From positions 192,001 to 256,000 of the forward strand of contig CAVSHT010000004.1 in the NCBI GenBank assembly GCA_963727895.1: DNA of 64,000 bases. The letters run 5' to 3'. The position numbers and the translations under genes were made by a program. Below are positions 33,466 to 44,818 of this stretch, piece by piece. The number at the start of each line of letters is the position of its first letter. Position 1 is the stretch's first letter. Below the pieces are notes generated by a model. It had not been told where the DNA came from. It saw only the letters and a program-made list of their open reading frames with translations, and ran no database searches. The DNA is from an uncultured Methanosarcinaceae archaeon. Its GTDB lineage: Archaea > Halobacteriota > Methanosarcinia > Methanosarcinales > Methanosarcinaceae.

Positions 33466-34194
33466 ATGGAAATAGAGAAAAAAGAAGGATGGACTCATCC
33501 AGAAGCTGCTGAAAAATATGCCCAGACAGCTGATATAATAATACCTGAAAGAAAAGAAATATTGTCAATTATCTCAAGGGTAGCAATAGAACTGGGGTCA
33601 ATGAACCCTAAAATAATTGACCTGGGCTGTGGTCTGGGCGATGTGACAGCGGAAATCCTGAAGTTAAAGCCTCAGGCAGAGGTTCTTATGCTAGATTTTT
33701 CTGAAGAAATGATCAGACGAAGCAATGAACGATTCAGGGAGAACAAAAATATTACTGTAGTCAAACGAGATTTAAATCAGGGAATCCTGGACATAACTGA
33801 AGATAGAGGATTTGATGCTGTTGTTTCCTGTTTTTCTATTCATCATGTAGAGTTTGAAAACAGAATTAAACTGTATTCCGATGTATATGAACTTCTAAAA
33901 GAGAAGGGTCTATTTATAAATGGAGATCTTTTCAGGGAAGAATCTCCAGCTATTGGTCAATGGGAACTCAATAACCACATATCTTCTCTGATAATACAGC
34001 TTAAGGAAAAGCTCGGGCAAGAATGGACCTTTGAGGAGCTAAAGCGCAATCGACTGGAAAACGCCAAAAAGATGGGAGATAAACCTGGAACAGTTTGGGA
34101 GATGTTCCATGATATGAAGGCAGCAGGATTTAGTTATGTTGATTGTTTATGGAAATCCCGTAACCTCGCCATAATGGCTGCAACCAAATCTTGA
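33466..34194 (+). CDS. Class I SAM-dependent methyltransferase (CmoA-like)
   Basis: IDLGCGLG, LDFSEEM, FDAVVS.FSIHH, AAGF..VDCLWK. Confidence 0.88.
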   Translation: MEIEKKEGWTHPEAAEKYAQTADIIIPERKEILSIISRVAIELGSMNPKIIDLGCGLGDVTAEILKLKPQAEVLMLDFSEEMIRRSNERFRENKNITVVKRDLNQGILDITEDRGFDAVVSCFSIHHVEFENRIKLYSDVYELLKEKGLFINGDLFREESPAIGQWELNNHISSLIIQLKEKLGQEWTFEELKRNRLENAKKMGDKPGTVWEMFHDMKAAGFSYVDCLWKSRNLAIMAATKS

Positions 34195-34341
34195 AAATGG
34201 ATTTTTTATTGTTTTCTTATTTTCTTATTTCCAAAATGTAGTACAGATTATATAGAAAGGTCCATAGTTTATGAGAACTTTCTAAAAAGGCACTTGTATT
34301 ACTAACCAATATTGGAATAACAGGATTAAATATTTTTAACC

Positions 34342-34764
34342 TTATTGCAGAGCTTTAAGGATTTCATCCGTTTTCCTTACTCTGCCAATTCTTTTAAATA
34401 TAAAGTTTACAGCTGCATTATGCTGTTCCGTAGATCTGGCAGCCATAGCATCTTCAGCAAAAATTTGTTGGAAACCGTACTCGTAGGCAAAACGTGCTGT
34501 ACTCTCAACGCCAAAGTCGGTTGAAATTCCACAGAGCACAATTGTATTCATTCCACGCCTGCGTAACTGTAGTTCCAGGTCTGTTCCATAAAATGCTTCC
34601 CATTGTCTTTTGGATATAACAATGTCCTTTGAAGTAGGAGACATTTCAGGCACAAATTCAGACCAGTCAGGAGACGGGGCTGAGGAACTCAAAAATGATT
34701 CGTCGCTTAAAACATTGATCATTGTTTCTTTTGTAATTATAACATACACAAGGAATACAGGCAT
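34342..34764 (-). pseudogene. Isochorismatase-family cysteine hydrolase, 5' part removed at IS copy E
   Basis: [32 protein letters not shown]. The N-terminal catalytic Asp region is absent and the ORF abuts the IS. Confidence 0.8.
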
Positions 34765-35504
34765 GTCATTGATACTTAAACATAGTTATATACTATTAGA
34801 AAGTATATTTCTTCATGAACTGCCCAAAATGTAATAGTTCCAGTCACAAAAAGAATGGTATAGTTGGCGGGCGTCAACGCTACAAATGCTCTGATTGTGG
34901 CTATAACTATACAGTAGAGCTAAAATCAACTGCTTTTTCCGCTTCTGTAAAAAGACAGGTTTTACAACTTTACCTTGAAGGATTGGGCTTTCGTTCAATA
35001 GGACGATTTTTAGGGGTGAGTCATGTTTCTGTCCAAAGATGGATAAAGAAATTTGGTCAGGAGTTAGAAGACCTAAAAAGTGAAAATGAGATATCTATTG
35101 TTGAAATGGATAAAATGCACACTTACATCGGTAACAAAAAAAATATTGCTGGATCTGGATTGCTGTTGATAGAGTTGGGAAAAAGTTCATCAACTGCTCT
35201 TTTGATAGCAGAGGAACGGAAACTGGAAAACTACTCTGGGAAAAATTGAAGAAAAAAGAGATTGGAGAAGTGATGACAGATCACTGGAGGGCATATGCAG
35301 AGTTTCTTCCTGAAAAGAGTCATACTCAATCCAAAGCAAAAACGTATACTGTTGAAGGATATAACAGCATATTGAGGCATTTTTTAGCAAGGTTGAGAAG
35401 AAAGACAAAGTGTTATACGAAGAGTCTTGAAATGCTAAAGTACTCGGTTATTCTATTGATGAAATAAAGAAATAAAGAACTAGATATATTTAAATAACAA
35501 TGCC
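34765..35504 (+). mobile_element. IS1-family copy E, no TSD
   Basis: Both IRs present. insA intact, EMDE changed to EMDK, early TAA in insB; flanks differ. Confidence 0.92.
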
Positions 35505-35903
35505 AATATATTTTAACGCTAACCATCTTCTATGGCCAGAGATGATAATATTATCGTCCGTGATTACAATAGGTTCTAACTGACCTTTTTTTCTAATGCT
35601 ATCAACTAAGGTAAGATCTACATTTTCAAGACCATATAATGCAACGTTTACTTCGTGAGCATGAAGTACTTTAGGATCTATTTCAACAATTTGATTTGTA
35701 ATAACTTTTCTTGTTTCTAGTTCTTCTTTTTTATATTTCCTAAGTTCTTCGTCCTGAAATTGTTTTAATTTACGTTCGCTTTTGCTTAACCCATCTCCAT
35801 CTATAGGCTTCACTTCATCAGAATAAGTGTTATTTAAATTGTTTTTAACAGAGTCACAATCTAATAGTTTCCTATCAATGCCCCTATGATCCATAAAAAT
35901 CAT
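35505..35903 (-). pseudogene. ParB/Sulfiredoxin N-terminal domain protein, truncated by IS copy E
   Basis: LVDSIRKKGQLEPIVI...IISGHRRWLA, then IS sequence. Confidence 0.75.
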
Positions 35904-35984
35904 TAATACAAATACCGTTTATATTACATAAAACTTACTCCTAAACTTTAATATGTTAAAAACTAATAATACACTAGATATATT

Positions 35985-37091
35985 ATGGCTGAGAAAGATA
36001 CAAATAAAGATATAGATGCATTAAAAGAGCGGGAAGATACACCCAAATCAAATATAACCGAGGATGAACAAGCTAAAAAAAAGACACATGCAGCTGATAA
36101 AAGTATAGCTTTAGTTGAAAAATATCAACCCGAAGATTTATCAAAGATAATTGGGCAAGCTCACCTTCACGAAATTCTCAAAGATATGGTGGAAAAAAAG
36201 CACATTAATCATATGATTTTTATAGGACCATCCGGAGTGGGCAAAACATCAGTAGCAAGAATAGTAGCATGTGAGATTCTTGGATATAAGTGGAAATTTA
36301 ATTTCCTAGAGATTAATGTACCTAATAATAATAACGATTTAAAGTTTATAAATAGTAAATTAAAAAATTTCATAAAAAATAAACCTATACAAGCTCCTTT
36401 TCGTATTGTCTTTCTTGATGAATGTGATGATCTAAATCGTGGGGCTCAAAGTGCTTTACGAAAAATTTTAGAAGCTAACGAATATAAACACGTTAGATTT
36501 ATTTTTGCAACCAACTATTCTGAAAAATTAATATCGCAACTTCAAGGAGAAAGAATGAACGTTCTACGTTTTCAAAAGATACCTACACATATAATCGAAG
36601 CCTACTTAGAGAAACTATGTGATGAGGAAGGTATTACTTATGAAGATGATGTCCTTAAGATAATTGCTGAGGATTGTGACGGTTCTCTTAGAAAAGGCAT
36701 TGGATATTTAGGTTTTCTTACCGATAAAAATAACCATATCTCATCACGAAAAGTAAAAAACTTAATATCCTATATAGAACCCTCCGATGTAAAAGAACTA
36801 CTTCAAAAAGCAATAAATAATGAAAATTATACTAAGCATCTATATCAATTAATCAACGATCAGAATTTAAGTATACCAAAATTGTTACAAGAGGTTATTA
36901 AAGTAATAGATGAGATAAAATTTGAAAATTCAAAAGACAAAAGATATATTTTAAATCAATTAGGATTGTATAGTTGGCGTATCAGTCAAAGTTCGGATCA
37001 TATGTTACAAATGAAATGTTTCCTCAATTCAATTGCTAGCATGCATGATGCTTGCTATGATGAATTAGATGCCCGACACCAATACTTATAA
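35985..37091 (+). CDS. Divergent replication factor C small-subunit-like AAA+ ATPase
   Basis: VEKYQP, IIGQ, GPSGVGKT, FLEIN, FLDECD, AQSALRKILE, FIFATNY, GSLRK. Confidence 0.85.
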   Translation: MAEKDTNKDIDALKEREDTPKSNITEDEQAKKKTHAADKSIALVEKYQPEDLSKIIGQAHLHEILKDMVEKKHINHMIFIGPSGVGKTSVARIVACEILGYKWKFNFLEINVPNNNNDLKFINSKLKNFIKNKPIQAPFRIVFLDECDDLNRGAQSALRKILEANEYKHVRFIFATNYSEKLISQLQGERMNVLRFQKIPTHIIEAYLEKLCDEEGITYEDDVLKIIAEDCDGSLRKGIGYLGFLTDKNNHISSRKVKNLISYIEPSDVKELLQKAINNENYTKHLYQLINDQNLSIPKLLQEVIKVIDEIKFENSKDKRYILNQLGLYSWRISQSSDHMLQMKCFLNSIASMHDACYDELDARHQYL

Positions 37092-37127
37092 CAAACAATA
37101 TAGAGTGTGCCGATTTTTTACTGATTT

Positions 37128-37288
37128 TTATTGATATGGCCATCTTTTCTTACCCTCATTTACTTCTCGCAATGTTGGTTCAGAGAAGTGATTTTGCAAT
37201 GTCTGCAATGTCATCTCCCATTTTTTTGCTTGAAGATGTTTATGGAGTTGCAATTCGGGCAGGCTTTGACCATTTTTAGGTCTGGCAT
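37128..37288 (-). pseudogene. Small zinc-ribbon protein remnant
   Basis: MPDLKMVKACPNCNSINIFKQKNGR*HCRHCK, then a frameshift to NHFSEPTLRE. Confidence 0.5.
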
Positions 37289-37428
37289 GGCTGCTCACCC
37301 GCTGTCTCAAGAAACACTTGAGCCATTGCTCTAGTGAAAGCGTCAGAATGATACTGTGTAATCCTCTTTACACTGTCAGTATTTTGGCGGACAAGCTCAG
37401 TAGCCTGTTCTTCAAATGTTTGGGTCAT
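37276..37428 (-). CDS. Small hypothetical protein (50 aa)
   Basis: MTQTFEEQATELVRQN...; GAGG upstream; overlaps the next small ORF. Confidence 0.5.
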   Translation of the reverse strand: MTQTFEEQATELVRQNTDSVKRITQYHSDAFTRAMAQVFLETAGEQPCQT

Positions 37429-37543
37429 AATATTGCCTCGATATTCATTTAAAAGAGTGATATGCTTTCATCGAGGCAATCTCGCCGAAGTAAGTCACTT
37501 TCAATAATAATTATTGTTTCAACATATATGTAATCTTTTACCG

Positions 37544-38743
37544 TTATTGATTTTGTGATTTTGTCATCGCGAGAACAATTTTTTGTAAGATCTCTGGATG
37601 CTCTTCTAAGAGTATACGACGCATTTGACTTGCAAGATCATCATCAGCTTTTTGAACCTGCTGCTTCCCAAGCTTTGCGCCGCAAACATCACAGTACTCA
37701 GCCCTTTTTGGCAATTCACGCTTGCATCTGGGACATTTTTGGAATTTAGGTTCAGGTTTTCTTTCTTCTGCTGTGCCGCACAGTTTTCTCATTGCTTCTT
37801 CGAAATCCCCAGCTCCCAAATGTGAGTAGACCGAAGGCATTGCTGAGTGAGTTGACCAGCCAAAAAAGTTTTTCATTCTGGGTTCTGTCCATTCTTTTGA
37901 CATTTTTGTGGCTGCACAATGTCTGAACAGATGAGTATAGCATCGCTTCTTTATCCCCGCTCGTTTCGCTAACCTGCGAATCATGTAGAGAACAGCATCG
38001 CGCTGCATTGGCTGGTAAGCTCGATCAGAGCCATCTTTTTTAGTTGGATTCAGTGAGACCCAAAGAGGTGCATCTTCATCATCTTTTCTGGGATGATGTG
38101 AGAGCCAAGCAGACAAATATATTATAGACTCCTTTAGAGGGACTGCACGTATTTTTGTTTTGCTTCTCGGGAATGTGACCCATACAAATTCATCTGTGAA
38201 CCTCACATGCTTTATTTGCATGCTGACAAGCTCGCCTGCTCGACAGCCTGATTCATACAACACAGACAAAATTGCTTTATCCCGAGGATATATTGCTGCT
38301 GTAAACATTTTGTTGATTTCTTCTTCGGTCAAGAGGTCACTAGCATTTTTTTCAGTTGGTTTTATCTGTATTGAAAAATTATCGAGTAATTCTTTATACT
38401 CAAGCTTGTGATACTCTTTTGCCGTCCATTTTAAAAACTGCTTAAAACCGATCAAATAATATTTTCTCGACGCTTTTGCAATTGGCTGTCCATTGTCCTT
38501 TTTATATTTGCTAATGCCAATTTTGAATTTGTCTATGTCGTCCTGCGTTAGCTTGTCAAGATCGGTATCGACAAATTGCAAAATTATAGACAAAACATTA
38601 ATATTATTTTGAACTGTCATCTCAGACAAGTCTTTATTGGGATCTCTAAAATATTTGTCAATATATTTTAAGACAATTTCCCTATTTTTTTGAGAAGTAC
38701 CATTCTTTTCAAAAAAGTTTAATAAAAAATTTTCATCTCGCAA
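37544..38743 (-). CDS. Tyrosine recombinase/integrase with C-terminal zinc ribbon
   Basis: ESGCRAGE, SKT, HLFRH, GWS...MPSVYSH, CPRC...CDVCG. Confidence 0.92.
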   Translation of the reverse strand: MRDENFLLNFFEKNGTSQKNREIVLKYIDKYFRDPNKDLSEMTVQNNINVLSIILQFVDTDLDKLTQDDIDKFKIGISKYKKDNGQPIAKASRKYYLIGFKQFLKWTAKEYHKLEYKELLDNFSIQIKPTEKNASDLLTEEEINKMFTAAIYPRDKAILSVLYESGCRAGELVSMQIKHVRFTDEFVWVTFPRSKTKIRAVPLKESIIYLSAWLSHHPRKDDEDAPLWVSLNPTKKDGSDRAYQPMQRDAVLYMIRRLAKRAGIKKRCYTHLFRHCAATKMSKEWTEPRMKNFFGWSTHSAMPSVYSHLGAGDFEEAMRKLCGTAEERKPEPKFQKCPRCKRELPKRAEYCDVCGAKLGKQQVQKADDDLASQMRRILLEEHPEILQKIVLAMTKSQNQ

Positions 38744-39240
38744 AATAATTACTTCTAGTAATTAAAATGCGCTTCAAAATATATGTAATTTTATATAAAC
38801 ACGGTAGCCGTTATTGTTTTTGTGCTAAAAACTGAGCATCAGTGGATAGTATAATATCATTGGATAGCATAATATTCTCTTGGGAAATATTTAAGGAAAA
38901 ACATTTATTAAAGAGTTCATTCCAAAACTTGATTCCTTATTGCTGTTAAAATTACAATTTTAGAGTGTGATATTTATTTAACTTCATATCCTGGAAATGC
39001 CTTTTTATGTACTCAAATACCTCAATACGCTCTTTTTTAGATACTGTCGGAACTGTCAATTATATCTTGCCACTAATTTAATTGTTTTTTGTATTTGTTC
39101 GTTTTTCTATACCCAAACTCATTAACAGTATGATATTTTCATAAAATTTTTGATTATTCAAAATAGTTTAAATGTGTATAAGAGTTACAAATATTGATAG
39201 TTTTTATTGAAAAGCAAACGAACGATGAAGGAATAGAATA

Positions 39241-39927
39241 ATGAGAAACCATGAAAAGTTGCATAAGTTGGCTTTAGCTTTGTTGGCTATAATACTGATT
39301 ATAATTATTGTTTCTTCAGTGACTTCGGCTGCAACTCTAAATGTCGGACCAAAAGATAAGTATAAAACTATCCAGAAAGCAGCAAATGCCGTGCATGATG
39401 GAGACACCATCAAAGTAGCTCCTGGCACATACAAAGAAAATGTCAGAATCACTAAAGATCTAACGTTTTTAGGTACAAAATACCCTAAAGTTAATGGTTT
39501 CTATTTAAATGGAGGCAGATGTACAATAAATGGTTTTTCTATTCAGAAATACGGATTTAGCAGCAATTATGCAGGTGTTGGAATCATACGCAATAACTAT
39601 TTTTATAATTGTGGCATCGACTTGGCTGGAGGAGTGACCTGTTCTTCTATAATTAATAATCAGATTATAGGTGGCACAATTATGTTGTATGACACTATAA
39701 TGGGAGGGGTAACAATCACAGGAAATACTATTTCAAAGTCAAAGTGTGGGCTTTATTTAGGAGATCTGGCTGGGCTTCCATTGGTTTCAAAAAACACATT
39801 TAAAAATTGTGGATACGGAGTTTATATTTATACTGATACTTATCCAGGGCGATTGGATACGTTTACAGGGAATAAGTATTGTGGGAATAAAGTTAATATT
39901 GGGTGGGGTACTGATTATTATCCGTAA
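39241..39927 (+). CDS. Secreted NosD-like parallel beta-helix protein
   Basis: Signal peptide, YKTIQKAANA..GDTIKVAPGTYKEN, beta-helix repeats. Confidence 0.8.
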   Translation: MRNHEKLHKLALALLAIILIIIIVSSVTSAATLNVGPKDKYKTIQKAANAVHDGDTIKVAPGTYKENVRITKDLTFLGTKYPKVNGFYLNGGRCTINGFSIQKYGFSSNYAGVGIIRNNYFYNCGIDLAGGVTCSSIINNQIIGGTIMLYDTIMGGVTITGNTISKSKCGLYLGDLAGLPLVSKNTFKNCGYGVYIYTDTYPGRLDTFTGNKYCGNKVNIGWGTDYYP

Positions 39928-40507
39928 CTAATAAACTTTTAATCTTAATAAAAACGGCTTTTTCTTTTTTATGGTGATTCTATTGTATTTTAATTGATCA
40001 TCATTTTGAACTTAAACGTATATTGGTTATGTTTTCTATTATTGATAATTACCTTAATATACAAACTGTATTACACACAAAAATTTTCAAATAATTTATT
40101 TTTATAAATAACCTGATAAAATTAAGGTAAAAAATCAGGGGCGAATTTCCATAAACACAAAACTCAAAGCATTGCTATTTGTAGTATTGATGTACGCCTT
40201 AACGATCGCTCCAGCTGCTGCGATGTACTTACATAAATACTAAAGTTAATGTAAAAATAGTTGAAGATTTTTGAGAATATAATCCACGTTTTTATTTTTA
40301 CTCCAATCAATATATGTGTAAAGGTTCTCTACTTCTCTTGTGAGATATTTAATTCTCCTATCGGTTCCGTTGCAAAAATTATTATTTACTTTTAAGATAA
40401 CGATAGTGTGTCAATAGATCACGAAAAAAATTTTGTAATATGATATAATTAATAGAGTATGTATATGTGCGGCTACGACAGCAAGACAAATTGCATAATT
40501 ATTAAGA

Positions 40508-41247
40508 GGTATTGTTACTTAACTATATCTAGTTCTTTATTTCTTTATTTCATCAATAGAATAACCGAGTACTTTAGCATTTCAAGACTTTTTGTATAAC
40601 ACTTTGTCTTTCTTCTCAACCTTGCTAAAAAATGCCTCAATATGCTGTTATATCCTTCAACAGTATACGTTTTTGCTTTGGATTGAGTATGGATTTTTTC
40701 TGGAAGAAACTCTGCATATGCTCTCCAGTGATCTGTCATCACTTCTCCAATCTCTTTTTTCTTCAATTTTTCCCAGAGTAGTTTTCCAGTTTCCGTTCCT
40801 CTGCTACCAAAAGAGCAGTTGATGAACTTTTTCCCAACTCTATCAACAGCAATCCAGATCCAGCAATATTTTTTTTGTTACCGATGTAAGTGTGCATCTC
40901 ATCCATTTCAACAATAGATATCTCACTTTCACTTTTTAGGTCCTCTAAATCCTGACCAAATTTCTTTATCCATCTTTGGACAGAAACATGACTCACCCCT
41001 AAAACTCTTCCTATTGAACGAAAGCCCAATCCTTCAAGGTAAAGTTGTAAAGCCTGTCTTTTTACAGAAGCGGAAAAAGCAGTTGATTTTAGCTCTACTG
41101 TATAGTTATATCCACAATCAGAGCATTTGTACCGTTGACGCCCGCCAACTATACCATTCTTTTTGTGACTGGAACTATTACATTTTGGGCAGTTCATGAA
41201 GAAATATATGTTATAAGCATATATACCTATTTTTAATTACCAATGCC
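40508..41247 (-). mobile_element. IS1-family copy F (alternative left end), 9-bp TSD TTATTAAGA
   Basis: TSD at 40499-40507 and 41248-41256. insA and A8 slippery site intact; insB ends 10 codons earlier than in copy A. Confidence 0.93.
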
Positions 41248-41554
41248 TTATTAAGATATATATGGTTTAAAAGTTAATTTAATATTGTTGATTGAATACT
41301 TAGATAGGATTCCTTTCTGGTTGAGAAGAATGATTTACTTTTCTAATTGCGATGATTTATACTTATTTTGCAACAACGTCGGACAAGGATAAAAAGGGGA
41401 ATCGAAACTCTTACTTTATAAAGACCGGATATAAAGAATTCTTTACAATAGGGTTTACAAATAGTGCTATAGCATTCAAGAGGAGTTTACCTGAGTGCCA
41501 CGGCGAACGTTTTTTATATATTAACCAAATGTATGATCCTTATGAGGTGAACCC

Positions 41555-42191
41555 ATGGAAACAAAAACCATTAAAATTAGTGCCGAACTCTACGACGCAC
41601 TTGATTTTTGTAGAGATAGAAACAGCGATAGTGCATGGGAGTCAAGAGGCACGATAATTAAAAAATTGTTAACACGATATGATGATAGCTGTGAACTTAT
41701 ACACGAAAACGGCAGTTACTGGTTCGTGACTAATGGCAGGAAAAGGAGTTTTCCTGAGCTCTCCCATACTACAGAGAACGTAAGAATTCACACAAGACCT
41801 CCATGATGGTCTTAACGAAGCCAAAATCCACCCGGATGAAACAATAAACACGGTCTTGCAGCGTTTGTTATTTTCTTATTATGGCAACAAGCTGGTATAT
41901 CGCATTAATATAAAATTCATAAGCAACAAAGAAAACCAAGACTTAATGTTTTTCATGCATGAAGTACTGCTAACAGAACCAAAATTTAATAACGCCTTGT
42001 TTGTCGAAGTTGTAAACGTAGAAAATTCCCCGGAAATAATAAGTAAATATGAAAAAAGTACACTGCCTTTATCGATACTTTACGATTTTGAAGGACATGA
42101 GATCTGGCGCATGGAAGGAAGGCACGATTTGTATGAGGTTAGAAGGAGACTGGAGTCTTTCATCGATTCTTTTGAAGAATTTCTTGACTAA
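41555..42191 (+). pseudogene. Tandem RHH/antitoxin-like domains fused to a thioredoxin-like fold; one extra base near 41794
   Basis: TIKISAELYDAL..ESRGTIIKKLL, then NVRIH/DLHDGLNEAKIHPDETINTVLQRLL, then VNVENSPEIISKY..LP...G.EIWRMEG. Confidence 0.55.
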
Positions 42192-42227
42192 CCAATGGAT
42201 GAAGCTTGCAATTTGAGTGAAATAAAA

Positions 42228-42275
42228 TAACTTTCAAGCAAGGTAACTTTCAAGCAAGGTAATTTTCAAACAATC
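42228..42275. repeat. 16-bp tandem repeat x3 (TAACTTTCAAGCAAGG)
   Basis: Two exact units and one degenerate unit. Confidence 0.8.
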
Positions 42276-42459
42276 CCACTTCCAACTCTTATTTAGGAAA
42301 ATTATTGCGTCCAGTTTTTCACACTCGATTAATTGTCCAATTTCATTCCTGATTTTTAGCAATAATAATGGAGATTAGTTACTTTTGAGGAGTTATACAA
42401 AGCCAATATTTGCTTATTGAAGTCGTAGCTTAACAACAATTTTTGACTTCAGTCTCGTT

Positions 42460-43025
42460 TCACTCAAAGAGTTCTACCATGCTTTTTACACTTTTGAACA
42501 TCTCGACAATCATAGGCATGTTGCCATCTGGTTGTTCAAGGGTCGAATTGGCAGCTTCGATCATGCCGTATGGATATTCAAGGCTTTCGTTAATCTGTGC
42601 CATATTTTCATTTAAAGAAGCAAAATCATTTTCTGTTTCACTCAAATTTTCAGGGTCTGATTCCAGCATAGCAATTATGGAATTTGTTGTTGCTAGCCTG
42701 TATCTGTTCCTTCAATTGTAGGTTTCAGAAACGGATATTCTTCGACGCGAGAATTCATAAGTCCGTCTATAAGGTTAAGGTTAAGGTCAAGCATTTGAAG
42801 CATGGATGTAAGAAAACGAAAGTTCAGACCGATTTCCTGATTCTCCAGCTCATTTTCATTATACATTGATGCGAGATCTGTTTGATTACTTTCATTTTCT
42901 AAAACATTTCCCGTTTCATCAGCTAACGTTTCATCAGCTAAAGCTACAGAAGTTGAAATTGTTGATAGCACAAACAAGATGCTTACAGCTACTACATGAT
43001 AAAAAAACCTGGTCTCTATTTACAA
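42460..43025 (-). pseudogene. Secreted acidic helical protein; nonsense at codon 2 and frameshift near 42695
   Basis: GGGGAG RBS, TTG-TAA start, signal peptide. ORFs 42693-42977 and 42460-42669 join by a single-base shift. Confidence 0.55.
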
Positions 43026-43333
43026 GAATCTCCCCACTAGTAATCCTTAAAACTTAATTAAATGTCCACTATGATAAAAAATAATCAAGTACGTCTATAA
43101 AAATATAATGAATGACCCTAAATATTTAATAAAGTATGAGACTTCAAAAAAATAAACATATTGTTATAAATGTCTTAAAACCAAGAAACCTCAATTTTTT
43201 AACTATTTGTTCATCTGAAAAGAAAAATAAAATTGCATTTTCAAAATATATTCATCTTCAATAAATTGAAAAAACACATTTTTGATCCATAATTCAGCAT
43301 TTTGACTCAGATCAGTATTTATAATAAATAAAT

Positions 43334-43410
43334 CAGCCCTCTTGAGCGAAGCGAAAAAGGCACCGCCCTCCCGAGACGGAACTCGGGTGACGGAACTCGG
43401 GAGGCGAAGC
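43334..43410. repeat. GC-rich structured intergenic element
   Basis: CGCCCTCCCGAG...CTCGGGAGGCG stem with an internal GACGGAACTCGGG duplication, in AT-rich flanks. Confidence 0.55.
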
Positions 43411-43529
43411 ATTTACATTGTAGTTGGACATACAATGCAGAAAGCTGACAAAATAAGCCAACAGAAAAACACTCAAAAATAAAAATAAAAATAAAACTAA
43501 AAATAAAAATAACAAATAGAGGAAAAGAA

Positions 43530-43997
43530 ATGGCTATATGGAAGGGAAAGAAAGTTGTTCTTCATACCACAATAGGCAATATAACAATCGAACTTTTTGA
43601 AGACATGCCAATTACAGCAGGAAATTTCGCAAAACTCGTAGAGAAAGGATTCTATGACGAAGTTATTTTCCATAGGGTAATCGACAAATTTATGATCCAG
43701 GGCGGAGATCCGACAGGCACAGGCATGGGTGGGCCAGGCTACGAGATCCCGGACGAATTCACAAACCATAACCGCAACGATAGGGGCACTATCTCTATGG
43801 CAAATGCAGGTCCAAACACAGGCGGCAGTCAGTTTTTTATTAACCTTGTGAACAATAGTCATCTTGACAAGATGCACCCTGTCTTTGGAAAAGTAGTAGA
43901 AGGCATGGATGTTATAGATTCTATCGCAAAAGTAAAAACTGACCGTCAGGACCGCCCGAAAACTGAAGTGAAGATAACAAAGGCTGAACTGGTCTGA
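43530..43997 (+). CDS. Cyclophilin-type peptidyl-prolyl cis-trans isomerase
   Basis: [42 protein letters not shown]. Confidence 0.95.
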   Translation: MAIWKGKKVVLHTTIGNITIELFEDMPITAGNFAKLVEKGFYDEVIFHRVIDKFMIQGGDPTGTGMGGPGYEIPDEFTNHNRNDRGTISMANAGPNTGGSQFFINLVNNSHLDKMHPVFGKVVEGMDVIDSIAKVKTDRQDRPKTEVKITKAELV

Positions 43998-44077
43998 AGC
44001 TTTTTGTATTTCAAGCAGTCTCTATTTTTACATTCTTTTTTCTAATTTTCCTTTTTCTAATTCTACTGATTTTTTTT

Positions 44078-44818
44078 GGCATTGGTAATTAAAAATAGGT
44101 ATATATGCTTATAACATATATTTCTTCATGAACTGCCCAAAATGTAATAGTTCCAGTCACAAAAAGAACGGTATAGTTGGCGGGCGTCAACGGTACAAAT
44201 GCTCTGATTGTGGCTATAACTATACAGTAGAGCTAAAATCAACTGCTTTTTCCACTTCTGTAAAAAGACAGGCTTTACAACTCTATCTTGAAGGATTGGG
44301 CTTTCGTTCAATAGGAAGAGTTTTAGGGGTGAGTCATGTTTTCTGTCCAAAGATGGATCAAGAAATTTGGTCAGGAGTTAGAGGACCTAAAAAGTGAAAG
44401 TGAGATATCTATTGTTGAAATGGATGAGATGCACACTTACATCGGTAACAAAAAAAATATTGCTGGATCTGGATTGCTGTTGATGGAGTTGGGAAAAAGT
44501 TCATCAACTGCTCTTTTGGCAGCAGAGGAACGGAAACTGGAAAACTACTCTGGGAAAAAGTGAAGAAAAAAGAGATTGGAGAAGTAATGACAGATCACTG
44601 GAGAGCATATGCAGAGTTTCTTCCAGAAAAGATCCATACTCAATCCAAAGCAGAAACGTATACTGTTGAAGGATATAACAGCATATTGAAGCATTTTCTG
44701 GCAAGATTGAGACGAAAGACAAAGTGTTATACAAAAAGTCTTGAAATGCTAAAGTACTCGGTTATTCTATTGATGAAATAAAGAAATAAAGAACTAGATA
44801 TAGTTAAGTAACAATACC
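44078..44818 (+). mobile_element. IS1-family copy G (alternative left end), frameshift in insA
   Basis: GGCATTGGTAATTAAAAATAGG ... TAAGTAACAATACC; extra T near 44340. Confidence 0.92.

Larger units (their letters stand above)
35505..42275. mobile_element. Relic integrative element (plasmid- or provirus-derived); boundaries approximate
   Basis: Integrase, ParB-like, RFC-like and small DNA-binding-type ORFs cluster with no housekeeping genes. Left end cut by an IS; no att site recognised. Confidence 0.6.

Noticed and set aside
35505..42400. tRNA gene or att site for the integrase
   Set aside because: No tRNA-like sequence or flanking direct repeat recognised; the left boundary was removed by an IS.
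43475..43512. (AAAAAT)n run before the cyclophilin gene
   Set aside because: Simple low-complexity microsatellite with no further evidence of function.
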